From a bacterium (GTDB taxonomy: Bacteria; UBP6; JAFGXH01): DNA of 64,000 bases. The DNA lies in NCBI GenBank assembly GCA_027064085.1, contig JAMOQH010000172.1, positions 5,088 to 69,087 on the forward strand, in the 5' to 3' direction. Both the position numbers and the translations under genes were made by a program. Below the pieces are notes generated by a model that saw nothing but the letters and a program-made list of their open reading frames with translations, searched no databases and was not told the DNA's origin. Positions 21,283 to 29,942 of the stretch are shown piece after piece (position 1 is the first letter of the stretch; every line of letters begins with the position of its first letter).

Positions 21283-24200
21283 ATGAAAGGAATTATATTT
21301 TTTTTGACACTATTTTTAATGATTATAGCTTCTAGTTGTACAAGTAGTTCAACTGATAATGGAAGTCATGGGAAAGAAAAGCCTGAGTTTATTCTAGACT
21401 CTCTAGGTACATCAGGATATGCATCAGACGCTAATCCTCTTGAAATTGTTTTTATTATTGATGAAAATTCAATAAAGGGAGATGTCCCTTATAAGTTTAT
21501 TTGGGATTTTGGTGATGGAACTAAATCAGAAACTAGTACTAAACTAGAAAAAACGCACTTATATAAAAAACAAGGTATTTATACTGCAAAAGTTATTATG
21601 CAAGACAATGATTATGTTTCAGATGAGAAAACTCCTGATGAAACATATAGCCAAGAACTTACTATTGTTGCTAAATCTAAAGTAGATTTAGTTGTACAAG
21701 TTGCTCAGATAGATAAAATTGTATATGATAAAGGTGATGAGGGTAATGTTACAATTAAAATCGCCAATTTAGGAAATGAAGCAACAACTGAAACTGTAAA
21801 ATTAAAGGCATTTTTATCTGAGGATCAAAAGCTAGATAAAACAGACTATGAACTTGGGGTAGTTGATTTAGAGTCGTTGGCAGAAGCTGAATCTATTGAG
21901 AAGGAAATTCCATTTACTATTTCAAATGATTTAACTCCTAAAAATTATTGGGTTATTATAAAGGTAGATTATGATAACCTTTATATTGAATCAAATGAAG
22001 GAAATAATACCAATGTTATTAATTCTCAGGTTGAAATATTAGGTGCAACTGGTAAGTCTCCTGATTTAGCTTTTGATTCTGTTGATTTACCAGAGTTTTT
22101 TATTGTAAATGATCAATTTAAAATAAATGCAAATATAATAAATCAAGGTGAAACCGCATCTTTACCATTTTCATATAAATTAGTATTATCTAAAAATGAA
22201 ACTCTTGATGCTACAGGAGCTGAAGATAATGATGATATTATATTAAAATATGATTTCGTTTCAGATTCAATAATTTCAGGAGATACTTTAGCTATTTCTG
22301 TTCAAACTTCGATTCCTGAAGAAGGAAACTACTATTTATTTCTTATCTTAGATCCAACAGATGATGTGAAAGAATCCGATGAAAATAACAACATATATAA
22401 ATCTGAAAAAATTACAGTAGGAAAAACTCTTACTGGAGTTGATCTTGTTCCATTCAATATAATAATAAACCCTTTAACTAATATTACTAAAGGAAAAACT
22501 CTTTCTGTTAGCTACTCTATTAAAAATAGAGGAAATCACCCTGCTTTAAAAACTAATGCTAGAGTACTATTATCAACAGATGAAAGTTTAGATGATAGTG
22601 ATATTTTATTACCTTTTGAAGGTGGTGATTTGGGAGAAATTGATCCTATCGCTGGGGCTGTAACCATAGAAAAAACACATAGAGTTGCAGTTCCTGATAC
22701 AGAAGATTTCCAAGAAGGAGATTACTATATTCTTGTTGATATAAATTACATTAAAGAAAATGAAACAGAAAGGCCAATTGAAGAAGCAGATTACTCTAAT
22801 AATTTATTATCAAGTGAAAAGATTACTATTGGAGGTTCTAGTGGTGGTTGTACAAAAGATATTCTTGTTGATAATTTAGAAATTCTTCCTACACCTGCTT
22901 TTGAAAGCTCTCCGTTTACTGTTAAATTTAATATGTCTAATGTAGGAAGTGAAAATGTTGCTTCATTTGTGACTAAAATATATACTGGAAATCCTAATGT
23001 TGATTTAGATGATGATAATTATCTAAAGAAAAACTACAATGTATCTAGATTATCTGCAAATGGTACTTTAACTAAAGAGATAATACTTGATATTCCAAAT
23101 CACTTACCTGAAGATAGATATTGTGTTTTAATAAAAGCCGATGCAACAAATACAATTGGAGAATGTGATGAGCAAAATAATATTTTAAATTATTGTTTTG
23201 ATGTAACCACAAGGGGTGATAATAATGATATTACTTTATCTGATATAGATGTATCAGAAGAAAGTATAGATTTAAATGAAAACAATAAAATAAATGTTAA
23301 TTTTAAAGTATCAAACTTAGGTACAACTAATACGGCAACATTTTATTGTAAAGCATATCTTTCACCGGATAATGAATTTTCTCCAAATAATGATTTTTCT
23401 GTACTTGAAAGTTATACTATTTATAATATTTTAGGTGGAACAGAACAAAATATTACTGATTATGAGATTACAATTCCTAAAAATATGGGAGATAGAGATT
23501 ATAAATTATTTATTAATTGTGATGATACAAAAATTGTTCCTGAAACAGATGAAACAAATAATTTTCTTGTTTATGAAAACAATATAAATGTAAAAGGAAG
23601 TGATTCAGGGTGTAATGCTGATATTTATGAAATTAATGATATTAGTGATTTAGCTAAAGAAATTGATTTGACTAGTGATATTACATCAGGTTTATGCGAC
23701 CAAGATATCGATTGGTATAAATTTACTCTTAATAAAACACATAAATTTAGAATAGATCTAGAGCAAGGGTTTTCCGATAAAGATATTGATTTAGTGCTAT
23801 ATAAAATGAATGAAGATGATGAACTTGTAGAAGTGATGGTTAGTGATTCAACTGAAATCAGAGAAACTATAGAAAAGAACATTTTAACTGATGAAGATGA
23901 AGGCTTATATTATTTAAAAGTATTTCCAAAAGATTACTCTACAATGTCTAAAACAGATTATACTTTACAGGTATCCTATGAAGAAGTTGGCGGAGTGGGG
24001 ATAGACTTGTCTTTAAAAGATGTAAATACTGATACTATTAACAATATTATGACCGATGAAGAATTTACATTAAACTTTAGTGTTGAAAATTTGAAAAATA
24101 ATGATTCTGGTAATTTTGTAATTGGAGTTTATTTATCTTCTGATAATGAGATTTCTAATGATGATGTAATGCTTGGTCTTTTGAATGCAAATTCTTTAGG

Positions 24201-26157
24201 GCTTTTAGAAAAACAAGATTTTGAAGCAACGATGACTCTTACGGAAAGTTTAACTAGTGGAACATATAATTTAATTATAAAAGTAGATCCTTATGGTTTA
24301 ATCACAGAAACAAATGAAGATAACAATGCTTATACAAAAGAATTAATGGTTAATTATAACTCTTCATGTGAATTAGATTTGCTTGAGCCTAACTCATGGG
24401 ATCCTTTACTAGGTAAGGTTGTTTCTAATGGTAACTATAGTAATTTAAAGTTGTGTTCAGATGATAAAGATGTTTATTTGATATATCTAAAAAAGAATTC
24501 TGAATTTACTGTCAATGTATATTTTACTGATGATGAGGGGGATATCGAAATTAAACTATATAAGCCAAATGATACAAGTTATTCAGGTAGTGTAGCAAGT
24601 TCTACTAGTTCAAGTGATAATGAAGATATTACCTATACTGCTGAAGAAACAGGTTTTTATATTCTTAAAGTATATAAATTTTCTTCTGGAGAAAGTGTTC
24701 AAACTTACTCTATGGAATTATCTGGTATTGTTGATGGATTTAACTTTATTAATAAAAAGTTAGAGATTCTTTCTAGTAATTTGGCTACAGATGAAAATAC
24801 ATTTTTGAAATATAGAATTGATTCTGAATCTACAAAAAATTTAACAACTGCTATGAATTTTAAAATATATTTATCTACAGATCCTATTTTAGATGACTCT
24901 ACAGATATTATGATATATAATGAGCTTATTAATAGTTTTAATTTAGGAACTAATATAGAAAAAAGGGTTAAGGTTAGATTACCTAGTGGCTTGAGTACAG
25001 GAAATTATTATTTTATATCCAAAGTTGATGCAGATGATTCAATTGTTGAGCTTAATGAAAATGATAATACTAAAGTAAAAGTAGCAACTATAGTTGGAGA
25101 ATGCCAAGAAGATAGGTTTGAAAGCAATAATTCTATGGCTGAAGCTGATAGAAATGATAGTATTCTTTCTGTAGGTACTTATGATAATTTAACAATTTGT
25201 CCAACAGATAGAGATTATTATAAAATATATTTAACATCTGGATTAGATTTATTTATCAATTTGTATTTTACAGATCCTATAGGAGATTTGGATTTAGTTC
25301 TCTATAATACAGAAGGTGTTTTAATTGCTGATTCAAGTTCAGAAACTAATGATGAACATATTCATTTTAATGTTTTAAATTCAGGCTGGTATTTTATAAG
25401 AGTTGATGGTGTTGAATATGATACTAATGCTTATAACCTAGAAATATTAACTCCAAGTTGTGATAATGTTAACTGTAATAGTGGAGTTTGTGATTTTACA
25501 GAAACTGGAGAAATGATTTGTGTTTGTGATGATGGTTACACTGGAGATACTTGTGATGTGTGTGCAGATGGTTACCATGATAATAATGGAGTATGTGAAA
25601 TAGATGAAACTTGTCAACAAGATAGTTGCCAAGAAGCATTTAAAAATAGTTGTTCTGTTGTAGGTGGAGTTGTTGAATGTTCATGTAACAGTGGGTATAC
25701 AGAAGATAATAATGGTAATTGTATTATAGATTGTGATATTACAGCAAATTTAGAGCCAAATGATGCTAATGATGCTTGTGTTTGTATAGATGGTTATCAT
25801 GATGATAATGGAGTATGTGAAATAGATGAAACATGTGAAGTGGATAGTTGTACAGATACTAACAAGTCAGTTTGTAATGTTGTTGCTGGAGTAGTTGAAT
25901 GCTCATGTGATGATGGTTACACTGGAGATACTTGTTCTGATTGTGCTAGTGGTTATCACGATAATGCTGGAGTATGTGATATTGATGAAACTTGTACTCC
26001 TAATCCCTGTACAGCTACTAACAAGTCAGTTTGTAATGTTGTTGCTGGAGTAGTTGAATGCTCATGTGATGAAGGTTACACCGGAGATACTTGTTCTGAT
26101 TGTGCTAGTGGTTATCATCAAGATACAAATGATATAAGTTTGTGTATTGCTGATTAA
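21283..26157 (+). CDS. Giant acidic surface lipoprotein: PKD, multiple CARDB-like Ig repeats, PPC-like domains, C-terminal EGF-like repeats
   Basis: Lipobox IASSC; WDFGDG (PKD); repeated DL..N.G....ExxExNN (CARDB); D.D.Y..DLDL.LY (PPC-like); CxCDDGYTGDTC repeats. Confidence 0.85.
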   Translation: MKGIIFFLTLFLMIIASSCTSSSTDNGSHGKEKPEFILDSLGTSGYASDANPLEIVFIIDENSIKGDVPYKFIWDFGDGTKSETSTKLEKTHLYKKQGIYTAKVIMQDNDYVSDEKTPDETYSQELTIVAKSKVDLVVQVAQIDKIVYDKGDEGNVTIKIANLGNEATTETVKLKAFLSEDQKLDKTDYELGVVDLESLAEAESIEKEIPFTISNDLTPKNYWVIIKVDYDNLYIESNEGNNTNVINSQVEILGATGKSPDLAFDSVDLPEFFIVNDQFKINANIINQGETASLPFSYKLVLSKNETLDATGAEDNDDIILKYDFVSDSIISGDTLAISVQTSIPEEGNYYLFLILDPTDDVKESDENNNIYKSEKITVGKTLTGVDLVPFNIIINPLTNITKGKTLSVSYSIKNRGNHPALKTNARVLLSTDESLDDSDILLPFEGGDLGEIDPIAGAVTIEKTHRVAVPDTEDFQEGDYYILVDINYIKENETERPIEEADYSNNLLSSEKITIGGSSGGCTKDILVDNLEILPTPAFESSPFTVKFNMSNVGSENVASFVTKIYTGNPNVDLDDDNYLKKNYNVSRLSANGTLTKEIILDIPNHLPEDRYCVLIKADATNTIGECDEQNNILNYCFDVTTRGDNNDITLSDIDVSEESIDLNENNKINVNFKVSNLGTTNTATFYCKAYLSPDNEFSPNNDFSVLESYTIYNILGGTEQNITDYEITIPKNMGDRDYKLFINCDDTKIVPETDETNNFLVYENNINVKGSDSGCNADIYEINDISDLAKEIDLTSDITSGLCDQDIDWYKFTLNKTHKFRIDLEQGFSDKDIDLVLYKMNEDDELVEVMVSDSTEIRETIEKNILTDEDEGLYYLKVFPKDYSTMSKTDYTLQVSYEEVGGVGIDLSLKDVNTDTINNIMTDEEFTLNFSVENLKNNDSGNFVIGVYLSSDNEISNDDVMLGLLNANSLGLLEKQDFEATMTLTESLTSGTYNLIIKVDPYGLITETNEDNNAYTKELMVNYNSSCELDLLEPNSWDPLLGKVVSNGNYSNLKLCSDDKDVYLIYLKKNSEFTVNVYFTDDEGDIEIKLYKPNDTSYSGSVASSTSSSDNEDITYTAEETGFYILKVYKFSSGESVQTYSMELSGIVDGFNFINKKLEILSSNLATDENTFLKYRIDSESTKNLTTAMNFKIYLSTDPILDDSTDIMIYNELINSFNLGTNIEKRVKVRLPSGLSTGNYYFISKVDADDSIVELNENDNTKVKVATIVGECQEDRFESNNSMAEADRNDSILSVGTYDNLTICPTDRDYYKIYLTSGLDLFINLYFTDPIGDLDLVLYNTEGVLIADSSSETNDEHIHFNVLNSGWYFIRVDGVEYDTNAYNLEILTPSCDNVNCNSGVCDFTETGEMICVCDDGYTGDTCDVCADGYHDNNGVCEIDETCQQDSCQEAFKNSCSVVGGVVECSCNSGYTEDNNGNCIIDCDITANLEPNDANDACVCIDGYHDDNGVCEIDETCEVDSCTDTNKSVCNVVAGVVECSCDDGYTGDTCSDCASGYHDNAGVCDIDETCTPNPCTATNKSVCNVVAGVVECSCDEGYTGDTCSDCASGYHQDTNDISLCIAD
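25849..26117 (+). repeat. Intragenic tandem duplication (159-bp period) of an EGF-like unit
   Basis: 25849-25958 is nearly identical to 26008-26117 (about 3 mismatches); more diverged partial copies near 25525-25615 and 25790-25835. Confidence 0.9.
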
Positions 26158-26645
26158 TGGTAATACTTGGCATTGACCCTGGCTCTATAACTTTAGGTTA
26201 TGGTTTAATAGAAAAAAAAGGTAATAAATTAACTCATCTTGAAAATGGTGCTGTTTATATGAAAAACGAGCCCCTATCTGTCAAATTAGAGATGATTTAT
26301 AATCAACTTAGTGATGTTATTACAGAATATAAACCCGAAGTTATGTCTATAGAAAATATTTTTTATGCAAAAAATATTCAGTCAACAATTAAATTAGCTC
26401 ATGCAAGGAGTATTCCTATTTTACTTGCAAAACAACGGGGGTTAATTATATATCAATTTACTCCTCTTGAGGTTAAAAAATCAGTTACGGGTTATGGAAG
26501 GGCTGATAAGTCCCAAATGCAAAATATGGTTAAAGTTTTGCTTAAATTACCAGAAATTGCGGACCCCGATGCGAGTGATGCTCTTGCTTTGGCAATGACT
26601 TATGCTCATTTACCAAATTTTCAAAGGGATAAATACAGAGTTTAA
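26157..26645 (+). CDS. ruvC: Holliday junction resolvase RuvC
   Basis: ILGIDPG, SIENIF, VKKSVTGYGRADKSQ, DASDALA. Confidence 0.96.
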   Translation: MVILGIDPGSITLGYGLIEKKGNKLTHLENGAVYMKNEPLSVKLEMIYNQLSDVITEYKPEVMSIENIFYAKNIQSTIKLAHARSIPILLAKQRGLIIYQFTPLEVKKSVTGYGRADKSQMQNMVKVLLKLPEIADPDASDALALAMTYAHLPNFQRDKYRV

Positions 26646-26766
26646 TTTTTATTTTTCTCCGAACCACCTCCATAAACCTATAAGTTAGATTTTTATATAT
26701 ATGATTAATTACACGGAGGTGAGACTAATTAGGAGATAATTAAATTTATTTATTTAACATATACAT

Positions 26767-26826
26767 ATTTTTAAGACTTAGGCTTAAAAATGCCTGTAAT
26801 AACAGCTTAAAAGCTGTATGAAAGGC
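26767..26826 (+). repeat. Two-hairpin structured element, copy A
   Basis: atttttaag-A-cttag-G-cttaaaaat then gcct-GTA-ata-a-cagctt-aa-aagctg-tat-GAA-aggc. Confidence 0.7.
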
Positions 26827-26829
26827 TAA

Positions 26830-27648
26830 CTAAAACAAATATTTATTAAACTTATTTGCTAGTTTACTTAAATTGTTTAAAGTTGAAAATAAATCGTCTT
26901 TATGTTTAATATCAGGGATTGAGTATTTAGTATTTATATTATCAAGATATTCTTTTATTGTTTCAGATGGTTTTAAAGACATTGCATCATTAATTTTTTC
27001 TTTCATTTTATCAACATTTCCGATAATTCCATATAGTTTTGCTGTTGTGGCGAGAGTGTCTGTCATTAAATTTTTCTTTATATCATTATAATTTTCTTTA
27101 TTGTTTTTTTGTTCTATTTCTTGAGTATTATTTTGTAAACCACTTGAAAACATTATTGCAGTAAATTTGAATAATTTTTTACTTCCTTCAAATAATTTTT
27201 CGTCCATATCTAACACTTCTGAAATATTGCTAAATAAATCATCTATTTCGTTACTAAATTTATCTATGCTAGTATTACTTCCATTTAGTGAAAAAAATGA
27301 ATCTTTTAATTCTTCAAAATCCTTACCTTGGAAAATATCTGATAAATTTTGCTTTTTTTCATCTGATAAGCCGTTTTTACTATAAGAAAATAAGTCTAAA
27401 CTCATAGATATTGAAGATGCTTTTGAAAAGTTTTCTCCTTCTATTGACTTAGATAGATTTAAATCAAAATGTCCCCAAAAAATGCTTTCCTTTTGCTTAT
27501 TAGTAACATTTTTAGGGGTAATTACAACTAAACTACTATTAGCTGACTCTTCTGTTTTTTTAGTAACTGAAATACTACTTTTCTTTGATTGATTTGATAT
27601 ACTAGGCTCACTACTTCTTAGCATATCATTTTTAACTGAATCTAACAT
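26830..27648 (-). CDS. Hypothetical protein (272 aa), Ser/Lys-rich low-complexity N-terminus, no signal peptide
   Basis: Long ORF, strong AAGGAGG RBS, sigma28-like promoter upstream. Confidence 0.75.
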   Translation of the reverse strand: MLDSVKNDMLRSSEPSISNQSKKSSISVTKKTEESANSSLVVITPKNVTNKQKESIFWGHFDLNLSKSIEGENFSKASSISMSLDLFSYSKNGLSDEKKQNLSDIFQGKDFEELKDSFFSLNGSNTSIDKFSNEIDDLFSNISEVLDMDEKLFEGSKKLFKFTAIMFSSGLQNNTQEIEQKNNKENYNDIKKNLMTDTLATTAKLYGIIGNVDKMKEKINDAMSLKPSETIKEYLDNINTKYSIPDIKHKDDLFSTLNNLSKLANKFNKYLF

Positions 27649-27651
27649 TTT

Positions 27652-27663
27652 GACCTCCTTGTC
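27652..27663 (-). promoter_or_regulatory. Putative CsrA-binding hairpin overlapping the Shine-Dalgarno
   Basis: Minus strand GAC-AAGGAG-GTC: ANGGAN hexaloop on a 3-bp stem, resembling RUACARGGAUGU. Confidence 0.55.
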
Positions 27664-27712
27664 TATAAATGTAATTCATAGTTTAAATGAAACAATAACA
27701 CACACATAAAGC

Positions 27713-27739
27713 TCATCGTCTAAAGTATTATAAACTTAA
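27713..27739 (-). promoter_or_regulatory. sigma28 (FliA)-type promoter
   Basis: Minus strand TTAAGTTT-N11-GACGATGA. Confidence 0.65.
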
Positions 27740-27806
27740 ATTTTATTTTTTTATTAACTTTTTTAAAATAATATGGTCTAATATATATACATTGTTTGGA
27801 GGCATT

Positions 27807-28271
27807 ATGTTAATTAAAAAGATATTATTATCATTTACGATATTATTATTTTCAACTAACTTATTTTCACAAGATAAAAAGATTGATAATTTCTTTTTAA
27901 AAGTTCAGGAAAAAAAAATAGAAAGATTAAAAGAAAAACTTTCTGATTTAGATAATAAAACTAAAACTAAAATTATATCTGTAATTCTTAAATATGATAA
28001 AAAAATATTTAATATTAGAAGAAAAGCAATGATGCATAGAAGAAATAAGGGGGTTAATTGTGCTAAAAGATTAAATAGAATAGAAAATCAACTTAAAATA
28101 AGAAAGAAGATTATAAATCTACAATTAAAAAAGATAACAGAATTAAAAAACTTAAATATTGATTGTAAAATCATAAGCAAAATTATTATTTTCGAAAGAA
28201 GATTTCTGAGAAAATTAAGAATGAATATGAGAAAAGGTAATCATAAGAGACAGCACTTTGATAATGATTAA
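27807..28271 (+). CDS. Hypothetical exported basic helical protein (possibly Spy/CpxP-like)
   Basis: GGAGG RBS, signal peptide, helical Lys/Arg-rich body. Confidence 0.6.
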   Translation: MLIKKILLSFTILLFSTNLFSQDKKIDNFFLKVQEKKIERLKEKLSDLDNKTKTKIISVILKYDKKIFNIRRKAMMHRRNKGVNCAKRLNRIENQLKIRKKIINLQLKKITELKNLNIDCKIISKIIIFERRFLRKLRMNMRKGNHKRQHFDND

Positions 28272-29755
28272 AATTGAATTGCAAAATTAAAATATGCACT
28301 AATATTTAAAGTTTCTGTTGCTAATATTCTAGAGCCAATACTATTTATAGAATTAAATAATATCTCATGACCTTTATACATTGGATCATACTCATCACTG
28401 TCAATTTGGTCATTATCATTATGGTCAATGCCTTTACTTTGGCCAGTAATTAGGTGGTCTGTTGTGTAGCCAGCATTAACACCAGTTGTTATTCTTACAT
28501 ATTTTGTAGGCATAAAGCTTAAGTCTAAAAATAATGACAAAGTAGAATAGTCGTTTACAACAGTGGTAAGGCCAATGTAATCACTTATTTCAGACATTTC
28601 CATCCCTTTCATGTGATGTGAAAAATCTGCACCTAAGGATACTGAAAATTGGGCTAAAATATTTTTCATATCTGTAACTGAATCTCTAGTGTATCTTTCC
28701 CAAGGAATAAAATCTGTTGCAACTGTAAAACCAAATTTTGTACCTGGTTTATAGTATTCTCTATTTGCGTCTGATTTAAATATAGAATTACCAAATACAA
28801 ATGGTTTTTCATACCAAAATTGAAATACAGGAGAAACAAAAGCATATCTTTTACTTAATGAGGTGCTAAGCCTTAACCAATGAACACCATCTTTCATGGA
28901 ATTATCAGATAAGTCCATTTTACCTTCTAGCATATTTTTGACATCTGCTTTAGTGTATGGTGTTCCTGTAGGAGGCTCTCTGTTTTCAATTTCATTTAAT
29001 TTTTTTTGTGAATATTGGTCTATGCTTCCAAGGGCAATTTTATATTTAATACCAATAACCCAAGATGGGTCAGTGTTATCCCTATCGTTATCTAGTATTC
29101 CCCATTTCAATGCAATGTCCAATGTTTTAAGACCTGCTCTAGTGTAATTAAGAGCATTGAAATCTTCGTTGTCATTAGTATATCTATTTGTGATAACATC
29201 TCCATTATCATCTGTCATTGCTTGAGTATTAAATTTGTCGTTCATTTTTTCGTATTTGTAAGGAAAAAAGATGTCTTGTCCACCTGTTCTTTCTAGATTC
29301 CAGAAAGTATTTCCTGCTCCATTATGAGATGGATTAGGAATAGGCAAACCAGCTTTGTCCTTTGATGCAGCATCTCTTGCTGTTGAATCAAAATCTAAAG
29401 TTCTTGTTGAACTAATATAAATAGGTAATGCAAAGTCTAGTTCTACATTTTTGTATAAACCAAATCTTAATTTAGGAGTAATGATATGTTCTTGTTTTTT
29501 ATATTTGAAGTTGTTTGCATTAACAATGCCGTTATTTTTCATTTTATCATATTGGCAGTTAGTATCTTGAACATTATCAGCATTACAATAGTACTCTCTT
29601 TTTAGTTTTGTACCCTGATAATTATATTTATAATTAACTTCAATATTAAAATCCCAAGGATCAATATCGTCAAACGCGTCTAGTACTTCTGTTCTTCTGT
29701 TTGCAAATACAGAAGTAGCAACAATTAATAATGATAATACGATAAATTTATACAT
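28268..29755 (-). CDS. Putative outer-membrane beta-barrel protein
   Basis: Signal peptide (SVFA), alternating amphipathic strands, C-terminal YFNFAIQF beta-signal. Confidence 0.7.
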   Translation of the reverse strand: MYKFIVLSLLIVATSVFANRRTEVLDAFDDIDPWDFNIEVNYKYNYQGTKLKREYYCNADNVQDTNCQYDKMKNNGIVNANNFKYKKQEHIITPKLRFGLYKNVELDFALPIYISSTRTLDFDSTARDAASKDKAGLPIPNPSHNGAGNTFWNLERTGGQDIFFPYKYEKMNDKFNTQAMTDDNGDVITNRYTNDNEDFNALNYTRAGLKTLDIALKWGILDNDRDNTDPSWVIGIKYKIALGSIDQYSQKKLNEIENREPPTGTPYTKADVKNMLEGKMDLSDNSMKDGVHWLRLSTSLSKRYAFVSPVFQFWYEKPFVFGNSIFKSDANREYYKPGTKFGFTVATDFIPWERYTRDSVTDMKNILAQFSVSLGADFSHHMKGMEMSEISDYIGLTTVVNDYSTLSLFLDLSFMPTKYVRITTGVNAGYTTDHLITGQSKGIDHNDNDQIDSDEYDPMYKGHEILFNSINSIGSRILATETLNISAYFNFAIQF

Positions 29756-29873
29756 AACTAAAGCCTCCAAAATAGTCGAGATAGAATAACAATATATGAT
29801 AAATTTGTCAAGATTTTTAAGATTTAGTTTGTATTTGATTGTTAGTTAACTATATTATTAGATTTTTTTATCA

Positions 29874-29937
29874 TAATTTAGACTTTTAAAGGCTAAATTA
29901 TCCTTGTAATAGATTTATTTATAAAGCTATGAAAAGG
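29874..29937 (+). repeat. Two-hairpin structured element, copy B
   Basis: taatttag-A-cttttaaag-G-ctaaatta, t, cctt-GTA-atag-A-ttta-ttta-taaa-G-ctat-GAA-aagg. Confidence 0.7.
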
Positions 29938-29942
29938 CAAAA

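Noticed and set aside
25849-26117. Direct repeats that could suggest a CRISPR array or a DGR template/variable repeat pair
   Set aside because: In-frame 159-bp coding duplication of EGF units; no spacers, cas genes or reverse transcriptase, and too few mismatches to suggest adenine-specific mutagenesis.
26655-26675. GGTTCG on the minus strand resembling a tRNA/tmRNA T-loop
   Set aside because: No cloverleaf, T-stem or CCA end can be built around it.
26767-26826. Two-hairpin element as an integron attC site or a pistol/twister ribozyme
   Set aside because: No RYYYAAC...GTTRRRY ends; the TTAAGCCTAAG similarity to pistol lacks the complementary P1 loop needed for the pseudoknot.
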